Below, piece by piece: positions 38,921 through 52,230 of a DNA stretch of 64,000 nucleotides. The stretch lies in NCBI RefSeq assembly GCF_009914755.1, contig NC_060928.1. The stretch is one strand, 5' to 3'. The stretch is from the human T2T-CHM13v2.0 reference genome, Homo sapiens. Both the position numbers and the translations under genes were made by a program. Under the pieces are notes generated by a model that searched no databases, was not told where the DNA came from, and worked only from the letters and a program-made list of their open reading frames with translations. How positions within the stretch are numbered: position 1 is the first letter of the stretch; each line of letters begins with the position of its first letter.

Positions 38921-41739
38921 CTTGGCTAAAAGTATTCCTATAGTCATTAGAAAAAGTACATTTAAAGAAAAATATTAAAGAAAATCTATCAAGATTATAG
39001 AGAGTTTCAAGTTTGGCAAAGCTTAGAACACAGCTGATACGCATAGATTTGTTTCTCTGAATCAAAATCAAAGAAAACATAAAATTTTCAGTCATGTGTT
39101 TAGTATTTGGCATGTTAAAAGAAACTCATACATTAATTCTCATAAAACATTAAAAGTCTCTTCAATTGGCTAAAGAGACATCTCAGAGTTTTAAATTTTA
39201 TGTGGCACCTACACAGAACATTTTAATTAGTCAAGGCTAAGTGACACAGAAACATATGGAACTGGCAGTAATCTGGTTGCAGAATGATTGAGCAGTTGTG
39301 GGTGAAACAAGTTAAAGAGGATAATCAACATTAATGTTAATTTTTTTTAAGCATTAATGGCTCCTTAGTTCAAAGCTTCACAGCTTCCAGGTGTCCACCC
39401 AGATGCCACACATTAAAATGGTCCTTAGGTGCACACTGAGTCACTCATGCAGGGCATAAAATGGCAACTGGCATGGAAAATTATTCTGAAAATGAAGTCA
39501 CTGATGGGACATTTTTCAATTTCCACATCTTTAACACTCATAAGGATCAGTCCTTGCTCCAACTTCAGAATTTTTTGAAATTGGAAAACCCATTAAATAT
39601 GATTAAATTTTTTTAAGAAAAAAACACTTTTGCTCTTTTATTCCACAATCTTCTTTAGACACATAGACTGATCCTATAAATATTGCAACAATAACATTGC
39701 AACTTATTACACACACATTCCACAGTGCAAATGACAACTCATCACTTAAAACTACAAACATAAAGCACCTGATGTTAAGCTGATTAGGTTTTTACAATAA
39801 AATCCAAATGCCCTATGACCTAGCAATCTCCCCTACTCACCTGGCTCAGACAGGCTGGCCTTCTGCGGATCAGATGTGGTCTTGCCTTGGAGCCAGGGCC
39901 CTGCCTTGTATTTGCTTCCTTTCTAATTAGGACACCTTTCCCTTAGACATTCACATGACTAAATGAATTTTATTCGGTCTTCAGCACCTTAGAAAAGACA
40001 TCCTTGACTATGCTCTCTAAGGAAGCTTCTTCCCCTAGTGTGTACTAATGTCTTTTTGTCTCACTACTCTCTTGCATTTTCCTACAGCATTTAGAACTGT
40101 AAAATTATTTATTTCTGTTCCCAGTTGGCCCATATTGGATTTTATTGACATTCCCACTTAGTTAAGAGCAATGAGACTTTTCAACTGTGTAGGTAACCTG
40201 CATATGTTGTATCTGTTACTATTTTTCACATGATAAAACAAGCTTTCTTTATAACCCCATAGAATGCATGCTAAACAGAACTTAAGGAGAATAGTGTCCA
40301 TGTAATAGAAATGATTTTCCAAGGTACACTATATATTTTGGACTAGATAGAGAAAAATACGCTTTTTATCAATAAAAATATGAAAGGGAAATATGCTTTT
40401 TATCAATAATCAGTATCCTCTGAATCCTTATTCTAAAGAAGCAAAAAGAAAACTAATATATTGTCATTGGAACATAGTCTACTGGAAACAATGTATAGAA
40501 AAAGATTCTCAACACAGAAAGAAGGTCTGGACTTGGAAACTAAGAAAGATATACTTTTTTAGGGCCAGGAGGGACACCCATTGTTATGGACAAGAAAACA
40601 TTCAGAATCAGAGATAGGCATGTTGCTACAGAGATGACTTAGGGTGACAGAGAAAGGAGGAACAGAGGAGTTATGGGATAGAAATTGAGTTGAGGGATAG
40701 AAATTGAAGAAAGAAGCTAAAGAAAAATAGGTGTTGAAATGTATCAACCTCATGATTGTTTCAAATAAAATATCATTCCCAACACTTAGTGAAAAATACA
40801 GTGATTGTTCAGCAGAGTACTGTCCATGTTAAAGGGTTGTTGTTATACTAATTGACCATATTTCTATTCTAAATTATAAAATGAATCAAAATAATTTTGA
40901 AGCCAACATTGTTTACTTTCTTTTTGTCTTTCCATATTATTTAAAATTATAATAATTTTTAATTTTTAATAATGGGATATTATTATGGCATAAAGAATTC
41001 CTTAGATCAGTTACCTGTGCCATAATATTTTCATTAAAGAATTATGCAGGACAAACTAAGTATATTCAAATATGAGTACATGTATTTTATCTCAAAGACA
41101 GCAGCTATTCGTACCTGGATTAAGTCTCTTTGTAGGTGCTTAGTCAAACTTTCAGCCACTAGAACTTCAGTCAGTTACAGAAGAAAATAGCCAGCATCCA
41201 ATAAGCTCCTTTGTAAATTCACCTTACATAAAGAGATAACCAAAGGCTTGTCTGTTATCACATTTGTCCTCACAGTAATGGATAAGGCTCCATATCACTA
41301 TTAAACCTCGAGGGACACTGAACAATAGAAAGTTAAATTACCCTTCTCGGATTACACACCTTCTGGAGTGACTAGTCTCCAGGGATGTTGAACTGAAAGC
41401 TGATGTCAAGCCTCTTAAACTGGTGTGTCAAACCTCTTAAACTGGTGTTTATGCTTTGTAGGTATATCATCAGCATACTTCATTTATTGCTACAAACACC
41501 TTGTTTTTGTTAAAATTTAATTTCACTGTAGGGAAAAAACATATTTAAAGAAAAATTTTGCAAGGTCCTTTTGCTTAAATTTACTTATTTTTATGAGGAA
41601 AAAAACATTTTTTAAAACCGAAATGGTAAAAGCATGAAAGTTTAGTGGATTATTGGTTATAATAAATATAATCCTAAATATTTTTCTTCTTTTATATTTG
41701 ACCATCAAAGCAAAGGAAAATGCTTTAAATTTAAACATT

Positions 41740-44700
41740 GATTATTTCATTTTAAACAGTATACAATAGACATAATTGGCACAGAGTAAACTGCATATAT
41801 CTAAAGTCTACAGTTTGATCAGACTTGTAAATCTATCACCATAATCGAGGTAATGAATATATTCACCACCCTCAACTTTCTGTATTATTTTATAGTCCTC
41901 CTTCCTGCCATTCCTAGTCCCACCTCCTTTTCCAGTCAAACCCTGCCCTACTTTATGCCATTATAGGTTAGCTTGCATTTTATAGAACCTTAAATGAATG
42001 ACATAATATAGCATGCACTCTTTTGTGTCTAGCTTTTAAAATTCTACATTTTTTTTATTTATCCATATAGTTGCATGTACCAATAATTTATCTTTTTTTA
42101 ATGCTGAGTAATATTCCACTGCTTGGAAATACCACAACTTATTTAAGCATTCACCTGTTGTGAATGTATATTTGGGTTGTTTCCAGGGTTTTGTCTATTA
42201 CAAGTAAAGTTCCTGTGAATGTTTGTGTACATGCCTTTGGATGGATATACACCCCCATTTATCTTGAGTAAATATTTAGGAATGCAATGGGTGGATCATA
42301 TGATAGGTGCATATTTAACTTTTAGAAAGTGTCATAGTGTTCTCTAGAGTGCCTGTACCAGTCTACATTCCCATCAGCAGTGTATAAGAGGTCCTGTTCC
42401 TTCACATCTTTGCCAACAGTTGATATGTCTTTTTAATTTTAGTATGCTTGTAAATTTGTGGTGGTATCTCATTGTGATTTTAATTTTCACCTTTTTTAAT
42501 GACTGTTGTTAAACATCTATTCATGTGCTTTTTACCATCTGTATATGTTCTTTGGTGAAATGCCTATTCAGACCTTTGGCCCATATTTTTATTGGTTTTC
42601 TTATTACCCTATTACTAATTTTAAAAGCTCTTTGTATAATCTGGATGTGAGCTTTATTTTTTTTTAAATCAGATATATTCTTTCTAAATATTTCCTCCAT
42701 GTGTATGGTTTGACTTTTCATTCTCCTAACAGTGGCTTTCAAAAACAGAAAGTTTTAATTTTGATGAAGTCCAGTTTTTATCATTATGGATTGTTATCCA
42801 GTATGTAAGATTAACCTAAGAACACAAATATTTTCTCGTAAGTTTTCTTCTAGAATCTTTTAGTTGTAGATCCTGTGTTAAGATACATGAGTCAATTTCA
42901 GTTAATTTTTGTATATAGTGTGAGATATACATTAATGTTATTTTTTAGATGTTGATATCTAAATGTTCCAGCATCATTTGTTGAAAACATTATCACTTAT
43001 CCATTTAATTACTTGTCCATCTTTATCAAAAATCGGTTGTCCCTATATTTATATGAAACTATTTCTGGAATCTCTTCTCTGTTCTCTTGGTCTATTTGCC
43101 TATCTTTATGCCAATTTCATACTGTCTTGATTAATGTAGCTTTATAATGAGTCTTGAAATCAGGTAGTGTTACTCCTCCAACTTTGATATCTGTTTCCGA
43201 ATTTGTTCTGGCATTCTATATCCCTACATTATTTTATGATGTTACAATCAACTTGTCAATTTATACCCTCCCAAAAATGTCTTCTGGGATTTTGATAGGG
43301 ATTGTGTTAAATCTAAATATGGAGTTGGAGAGAATTCACATTTTGACAGTGTCGAGTCTTCTGAACTATGAACAATGTATGTCTCTCCTCCTTTTATTTA
43401 TTTTTCTTTGATTTCTCTCAGGAATATTTTGCAGTGCTCAGTGTAAACATATTTCACACGTTTTGCCAGATTCTTCCTTAATATATTTTATATTTTGAGG
43501 CTATGATGAATGAAAATATATCTAATTGTTCATTGCTAGTAGATAGAAATGCAATTGATTGTTGTACATTGCTTTTATGTCTTGCAATCTTGCTAAAATT
43601 AATTATTAGTTCTAATAGCTTCTTTGTAGATTCCAGTAGTATTTTTATATATATGATCATGACATCTGCAAATAAAAGCATTTTTTAAATTTCTTTCTCT
43701 CCAATCTGGATGCCTTTTATTCTTTTTCTTGGATGATTTCACAGACTAGACTTCCAGTGTAACGTTAAATAGAAGTGTTGAGATCAGGATTCCCCACCTT
43801 CCTTGGTCTTAAAAGGAAAACATTTAGGTTTTTACCATTAAGAGTAATTTAGCTATAGGTTTTTCATTACTGTCTTTCATTAGCTGTAGAAACACAACTT
43901 CTTTTATTAGCTCTTTCCTTCTGCTACTAGTTTATTGAGTATTTTTTTAATCAGGAATAGACATATTTTATCAAATACTTTTCTGCATCTATTGAATTGA
44001 TCATATGGTCTTACTCTTTAATTTTATTAATCTGATGAGTTATATTGACTGATTTTTAAAAAAATGTTAAACCCACCTTGCATTTCAGGGATAAATCCCA
44101 TTTGGTCATTAGTTAATACCCTTTCATATACCATTGGATTTAATTTCCTAAAATTTGGTTTAGGATATTTCATCTGTGTTTTGAAATGTATTGGTCTATA
44201 GTTATCTTTTTTCTTATAATGTCTTTATCTGGTTTTCATATCAAGGTAATGTTAACTCATAGAAGGAGCTGGGATGTATTCTGTCCCCTTTGATTTTCAG
44301 GGAGAGTATTGGTAGTATTGGTATTACCACTTCCTTAAATATTTTGTAGAAGTCACACACAAAAAAGCCATTTGGGCCTTGAGTTTTCTTGGGGAGAAAG
44401 ATTTTAAAGGCAAATGCAATTTATTTAATTGATATAAGACTATTCAGGTTATACATTTCTTCTTGGGTGAGCTTTTATAGTTTACCCATTGTCAAGATGA
44501 AATGGTCTACTTCACCTTTGTTGTCAAATGTATATTACATGATTATTCATAACATTCTTAATATATTTTAATATCCTCTTAATATCTGTACAATCAATAG
44601 TTAAATCACCTCTCTCATTTCTAATACTTATAATTGTCTTCATTGTTGTTGCTCTTTTTTTCTGATAGTCTGGCCAAAGGTTAATCAATGCATTAATGGT

Positions 44701-45540
44701 ATCAAAGAACCACTTATTGGTTTCTTTGATTTTATCTATTATTTTTCCATTTCTAGTTCACATATATGAAAACTTTACAATGGTATACTTCCAGTTCTCC
44801 TCTCCTCATCTTTGTGTGACTGTTACACATTTCTTTTGTACATAATTTATTTTTACATAATATTGATAACTATATTATGTACAAAGATAACAATATACAT
44901 AACTATATATATAGATAACTATATTGTTATCTTTGTTTAAACAGTCAATTATCTTTTAAAGAGATTGAAGTAATACTTTCAACTTTCATATGCTTATTTA
45001 CATCTTCACCTACTACAAATCCCTTCTTTCTTTATGTAGACATATATTTCCATTTGGTTTCATCTTCCTTGTGCCTGAAGAACTGCCTTCAATATTTCTT
45101 ATAATGAGTGTCAGCTAGTGATAAAATTTTCAACTACTGTATTTCTAAGAGTCTATTTTGCCTTTGTTTTTGAAACATATGTTCACAGGATATAGAATTT
45201 TAGATTCATATTTATGCTTTCTCTCTCCTTTATCTCTTTCTTTCCTTCAATAGTTTAGAAATGCTTGCCATACTTTATTCTATCTCATGCCTTATTTCCA
45301 ATGAGAAATCTGTTGTGATTTTTATCATTGTTCCTCTGTATTTATGTTTTCCCTCAAACCTTCTCCCTCAGTGCTTTCAGAATGTTCTCCCTCAGTGCTT
45401 TCAGAATGTTCTCTTTGTCACCAGTTTTGAATCATTTAATTATAACATACCTTGATGTAGTTTTCTCACATTTCTTGTGCGTGGGCGTCAATAAACTTCT
45501 AAGATCTATGGACCATAGTTTTCATCAAACTTCAAAAACT
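41740..45540 (-). mobile_element. L1MB7/8-like element, ~3.8 kb, internally deleted
   Basis: 3' end at about 41740; ORF2 remnants 42521..42742 and 43478..43681 (LLFADVMIIY, decayed RT FADD motif); jumps to ORF1-region sequence near 44760. Confidence 0.9.
45361..45413. repeat. Perfect 24-bp tandem duplication
   Basis: ttctccctcagtgctttcagaatg twice, then ttctc. Confidence 0.95.
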
Positions 45541-45614
45541 GATCCCATGTGTATTAGTCCTGGACATTTTTATCAAAAGATTTTTTTGTTCATAAAACAT
45601 GTCAGGCACCTACT

Positions 45615-46660
45615 ACTCATCCATTTATTGAACAAATATTTCTTGAATAATTGCTACACATTGGGAACTCTTTGAATCACTAGGAATACAACAGTCAACA
45701 AGAGAGCAGAAGTCCCTGCCCTCATGAAGATTACATATCATATGAGAGAGACAGATTACAAAAAATGGGTAAATAATGTGTTAAATGTCAAAAACTGCTT
45801 TAGGGGAAAATTAAGGTATTAATAATGTGACATTTGAATAGACACTTGAAACAAGGATATAAGCCATAAATGGAGCATGGAGAATTATTTTAGATAAATG
45901 GAAGAAAATACAAATACAATGAGACAGGAGCAAGCCAATTAATATTTTTCAAGGATTTCAAGAATGCCACAGTGCCTGTAGCTGAGTCAGTGGGAGATGA
46001 ACTCTTTTACTTAGTGATGGCCCAAATTATGTGTAGGTCATTATACAAACGTTAACTTTTACTTTGAGAAAATAGGGAATCCATTGCAGAATTTTTTAGA
46101 AGAAAAGTACATGATCTTCCTTATGTTTTAAAACATTCATTTCACAGCTTTTGGAAGGATATACTATAAAGGAAAAATGATGTATAAAGGCAGATAAGTA
46201 GGGAGGTTACTGTAACAATCCAGATGATAGATGATGGGGCTTAGAAAAGATTGGTGAAAATGAATGGGTGAGACATAGATTCTGGTTACATGTTTAAAGC
46301 AGAGAAAAAAAAATTTGCTTGTTGAGTGGATGTAGAGTATAAGAAAAATACAGAAGTCAAAGATAGAGTCGTTGTTTGTGACATGAGTGGTATAAATAAA
46401 GTAGCTAACATAGAGTGAGAAAGTGTGCAAAAAGGGTACATTGTGGCATTATGACTGGGATTTCTATTCAGTATTAATTTGAGATGTCAAATACATAGTT
46501 CGTTATAAGAGTCTAGAGTTAGGACTTAGATTTAATTCAAAGTATTAATAGATATATGAATTTAGCCAGTAGATGGTTTATAAAACAATGAAACTTGATG
46601 ATATCTCATCTGGACAAGATCATAAGGAGTGATATAGACAAAGAAAAGAAGAGGTCTGAA
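45615..46660 (-). mobile_element. L2 3' region
   Basis: catccatttattgaacaaatatttcttgaat tail; aagtccctgccctcatgaag; gggaggttactgtaacaatccagatga. Confidence 0.8.
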
Positions 46661-47595
46661 GATCTGTCTCAAATGTGTAGAAAAGTCCAAACACATTGTG
46701 AGAGTTTTTCATATGTTATTTTGTGGTCATTGATAGTATTTTAATATGTAGCTTGAGATTGTATTAACAATACATCAAAGTTGATTCAGAAGATACCAAA
46801 GAAATAAGTTGACATTTTAGATATCTTTGCTTTCGTCAGGAATTATTTTTGTTCACAGATGCACTGCGTATGTGTCATGCACTACATTTAGATTTTGGAC
46901 ACCTGGCAGTGTTGTTGGCTGAATACCAAGAATGAGAGTTTTTGTTAACTTGTGACTCATCAAGATATTTCTGATTAAATGTGGTCTTTTAAGAAAAGAT
47001 CTTGCCTTTCTTCAGGACTGATGTCATATTATCTGGGTTTTCATTACCAAGATAGGTCACTGAACAAGATAAATAATTCTAGCAGATGAATGAAAATGGA
47101 AGTATCATTTAATTTTAATAAATGTTTTCTAAATCACATACACATACAATAACACCTATTGTAGTGAGCAAGCCTCTTTATATCATAATAAGAACATAGA
47201 AATAGAGAGAGCAGATTTTTAAAGTTTCCGGCAGTCTTCAAGTTACACAATCATTTTAAAAGAGGAAACAGACCAACAAACTCCATCACTTTGTTGGTAT
47301 GTCTGAAAGATGCCCAATAAAGACCTCTTTTTCTTCCATTCACTTGACCTGAACCCTATATACCTATCAAAGTATCGCACAATTTCAGAAGAGCAATATT
47401 TACATTATTGTCTAAGTAGATGGAGACATTAGGAGAATTACTTACAAGTAGATAAATAAATATTTTAAAGAAAGTACATGGGCACTAATGTTTAAAATGA
47501 AAAGTAATAATATTTACTAGTAAGAGATGACTACAGGAATAAGAATAATTAGCCACAATGCTCTTCTTTACTACATTTGACTTATCTTTCTACGT

Positions 47596-47780
47596 CAGTG
47601 GCTTTCAAAGTGTTGTCTCTGAACCACACTATTAATATGACCTGGAAACTTCTTAGAAATAAGATTTTCAACCTTACCCAAAACCTGCTGAATCAGTAAC
47701 TCTGAGAGTGGGGCCCCACAATCTATGTTTTGCAAGTCCTTTAAATAAATCTGGTTTACATTAAAGTTTGAGAACCATCG
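47596..47780 (+). mobile_element. MER5A (hAT-Charlie)
   Basis: cagtggctttcaaagtg...ctgaatcagtaactctg...aaagtttgagaaccatcg; 8-bp TSD-like ttctacgt/atctatgt. Confidence 0.88.
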
Positions 47781-47794
47781 ATCTATGTCAAACG

Positions 47795-47950
47795 TAATAA
47801 TAATAATATCACCTAGTATTAAATAAAACCTATGTGTACTAGACACTCCATTAGGTACCTCACATATATTTTTAATTTTATAACTTTTCAAGGTAGCTAT
47901 TTTTCTCCCACTTTAACAATGAGAAAATAAAGGCTCACAGAGGTTAGAAT
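47795..47950 (-). mobile_element. MIR
   Basis: cccactttaacaatgagaaaataaaggctcacagaggtta core. Confidence 0.7.
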
Positions 47951-49759
47951 AAACATTTTAAAATTGTTTCGCTATTCTGAAAATAGTGATGTTTTTCTTA
48001 TTTTAAAGTGCTTTAACTTTCAAGGGGAAAATGATAAATGAGCTTCAAATATCTAAAAGATAAGAAAATCAGTAGTATTTGATAATGCTAATGTATTCTC
48101 AGAAGGACTTTTCTGGGCTGTTAAATTTTTGTAATCAAGTGTCAACTTAATTCAATGATATGTAGTTCTAAAGGACACTACTAAAATTAAAAGTCAAACT
48201 GAAGTAATGTATAAAAATCAGAAGCCAATAGCAATAATATTTGCTTGACATGATTATCTTTGCAGTTAAAGAAAAGAAAACTAAAGGAAGTGAAAATACA
48301 TTAACAAATCTATCAGGAACAGAAAAAAATCAGACTTTTTAAGCATTTTTTTTCTTTATTTTCAGACAAGCATAGTAGATGAAGATTAACTTTTTCCTGG
48401 AAAGAGTGCATGAAGAAAAAGTGTAAGACTATGCACTTACAAAAGAACCCTCACTTGGAAGAGAAGGAGAGAAAATGGAGACATAGAACGTCCATTGCAT
48501 CTAAAAATGCCACAAACTTTCCAAAATCTTTTTTGTTCCAATTTATTAATGTCAGTATTTGACTTGATCCTATAGCACATAATCCCATTCAGAAAGGCAA
48601 CATTGTTATAAATTTTCTGCCTACGAAATATTTCCTGGTACTCCACAGCTAATTTACCCCTGGAAGGGGCAGATTTTAAAATGTGCTAATGTAACTACAA
48701 CTTCAGGGCAGCTCTTTGGAGACAAGAATTTATTTGAGTCATAAATATATTTTTCTTTTGTGACTTATTTTCCAAAATAATAAGAAGAAATCATCATTAG
48801 GGGTTTCTCCACTCACCAACTGCTACTAAAAAAATTATAGAAAGACATTCTACGTAAATATAGGTCATGACTTGAACTAGAATGCAGAAATGAAAAATCA
48901 TGTGGACTGATGACAGAGGATTGACATCTAAGAAAAAGAGATATTTTGGCAGAAAAGTTGTATTGTATTTAATTGTGCCAGAAATATTTGGAAACATTGT
49001 TCACAGTTTTTCGACTTGCATATGTTGGCTTGGAGAAGTAAAACAAATCAAAGATTATTAAATACATAAAAATGCACTGAGGAAACCAACACTTCATTAC
49101 AGGTTAAACATGTGTTTTTACTCTTATGCCTTGGTTTTTGTGCTCTCAACTTGATATAAGTCCTCAAGCCCAAGAAATAAATGTTCATCAGTTTCTGTCT
49201 TTTGAAAAGTAATTGAAAACAAAAGTATGAAGTAAAGAATTTTTATGTAAAATAATTATGTTTTGATAATATCGACATTTTACATATTTTCCACCTCTTT
49301 AAAAATGTGTGCATATAAATTCAGTAATCCCCCAAATAACATGTTTAAAGCAAAAAAAAATGCTTGGTACATATGCTATGTCAAGTATCATCCAAGGTAC
49401 TAATGATGCATTGATGAATTAGACACAGCCACAGCTACGGTGAAGCTAATATATTTGTAGATGTCAAACAGAAAACAGTGGGCAAATGTTGGCTTCAACA
49501 GCTTTTAGTTTGCTTATTTTGTTTTGTTTTAAGCGTATTCAAGGCATGTCGCTTGGATGTATTAATTACATAAGATAGTAGACATTCTTTCTCACAGATT
49601 TCTTTCCCTATTTTACCCCTTAAATTCTAGCGTTCTACAGGTTTCCATTCTAAACCTTCTTTGAATGATCTCATTACACTGCATTAAATTTTACTACCTT
49701 TCAAATGCTTTCAGAACCATCTCTCCAGGCAACATCTACCTTAGACTGAAGAAAGTATG

Positions 49760-50195
49760 TTGGGTCTTCCCAACACCTGTATGCCCTTGGCACAGCTGCT
49801 TACTGGCAGTATCTGCAACTTTCTGTCTGATTGCTTTCTTTGATGGCAGGAGCATGCTAGGGACCTGCATGTAAATTAGGCCACAAGTGTGCTGACCTTG
49901 TTCCCAGGAAGCAGCTTCAATCAATGACAGACCAGAGTTGGTGGATAATCCCTCTAGCCCCCTCACTTTTCAGTGGATCCACTCTGAAGCATGCTCTACA
50001 GAGTCTTTTACAGATACAAATGGAAGAAAAAAAAAAAAAAAAAAACCCAGTTACCCACACAGGTAACTTGTGAATAGCACTCCCTGTGTTGGCTTACTTC
50101 TCCCTTTTTTTTTCTCACTTCTCTATTACCCTTCCAGTGCTTCCCAGGATGAACTTTCAAATAAACTATTTGTGTTCAAATCCAAGTCTTGCCTT
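49760..50195 (+). mobile_element. LTR16-like ERVL LTR
   Basis: aagcagcttcaatcaatgacagaccagagttggtggata; cagtgcttcccaggat..tcaaataaactatttg. Confidence 0.7.
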
Positions 50196-50735
50196 AATCA
50201 TCCATCTATTGGGTCTTTATATCTGTATGTTTCATAGACAACTGAAGTTAAACATACGTGAAATCAAACTCACCTTTTTCAGATATATAGCTTGGATATT
50301 CCTTATATCAACAAACAGTGCCACCATTCACCTTGGAAAACAAATGCTCAAGCACATTTTTAATTTTATTATTTCCCTTATCCTCTATGACCTGCCACAA
50401 AGCCTCTCAATTCTAACTTTTCAACATTTCCCAAATACGCCAATTTTCTACATTACCATGATCTATACTTTTATGTAGGTTCTAATTGTGTATTATCTGC
50501 ATTGAAGCAATTGATTTTCACTAAAGTCGTATCTCCCTCAATCTTACATAACCAGCAACAATTAATTTTATGTATCAACTTGACTGGGCCATGAGGTATC
50601 CAGACATTTGTCAAACAGTATTCTTGATATAACTGTGAGGGTGTCTTTGGATGAGTAAGATTTGAAGTGGTGGACTGGGTAAAGCAAAATGTCCTCTCTA
50701 TGTTGATGGCCCTCATGTAATCAGATGTAAAGCCT

Positions 50736-51114
50736 TGATATGGTTTGGCTGTGTCCCCACCCAAATCTTGAATTGTAGCTCCCATAATTCCCATGTGTTG
50801 TAGAAGGGACCTGGTGGGAGGTAATTGACTCATGGGTTGAATCATGCGGACGGGTGTTTCCTGTGCTGTTCTTGCGATAGTGAATAAGTCTCACAAGATC
50901 TGATGGTTTTATAAAGAGGAGTTCCCCTGCACATGTTCTCTTCCCTGCTGCCATACAAGACGTGCCTTCGATCCTTCTTTGACCCCTGTCATGACTGTAA
51001 GGCCTTCCCAGCTTCGTAAAACTGTGAAACTGTGAGTCCATTAAAACTCTTTTCTTTATAAATTACCCAATCTCGGGTATGTCTTTATCAGCAGCCTGAA
51101 AGTAGACTAATGCA
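50736..51114 (+). mobile_element. THE1B-like solo LTR
   Basis: tgatatggtttggctgtgtccccacccaaatc...gactaatgca with perfect 5-bp TSD agcct. Confidence 0.93.
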
Positions 51115-51125
51115 AGCCTGAATAA

Positions 51126-51531
<406 letters not shown>

Positions 51532-51749
51532 CACATGAGCCAATTCTTAACAATAAATCTTTATCTGTTTATCTATCTACCGCCTATTGATTCTGCTTCT
51601 CTGGAGAACCCTGACTAATACACAGCCACTATATGCATACCCTGCCATCATGTTGGTTATTAAAAAAGAAAGAAAAAAGGAAAAAAGAAAAGAAGGAAGA
51701 AAGGGTCACAGGAAGAAAAGAAGAAAGAGACTCTATATCACCAATCTGC

Positions 51750-52230
51750 TTAAAATGGAAACAGTGACTGTACATAGCTTTCAGGATAATATTCAAATCC
51801 CATGAGCATGGCATAAAAATGTCTGCAATCTTCCTTCAATGAATATTTCAATCCTCAACCACTTGACGTCACAATAATATTGAATGCTTTGTAATTCACA
51901 GAACACTCCATACTCTCCTTTACCTTAATGCTCTCAAATAGTTTATCTTTATTGCCTAAAATATGCTCCCATAATCTCCTTCTTTAGGCTAACTCATTAA
52001 TTAATATTGAATCCTAGTGCAACCTACTCCAGCATATCTTCACTGATCCACTTCAACCCCCAAATCTGTCTTAGTGCACTTTCTATCTGTTCCCATTTTG
52101 TACCATGTGCTAAACACTGAACTAAATGTTGGGGGAAATATGAAGTCTAAAATATCATTTCTGCTTCCAAGGAACCTACAGTCTAGCATAGCCTGGCATA
52201 CAAATTTAAGAAATTTATTTGAAATGAGTA
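51750..52230 (+). mobile_element. Degenerate L2 3' region
   Basis: tcaggataatattcaaatcc..agcatggcataaaa; tctagcatagcctggcatacaaa tail. Confidence 0.55.

Noticed and set aside
42521-43688. Reverse-transcriptase-like ORFs
   Set aside because: Dead L1 ORF2 fragments with mutated catalytic motif (FADV) and many stops.
51864-51871. CRE palindrome TGACGTCA
   Set aside because: Single 8-mer within an L2 relic with no supporting promoter features.
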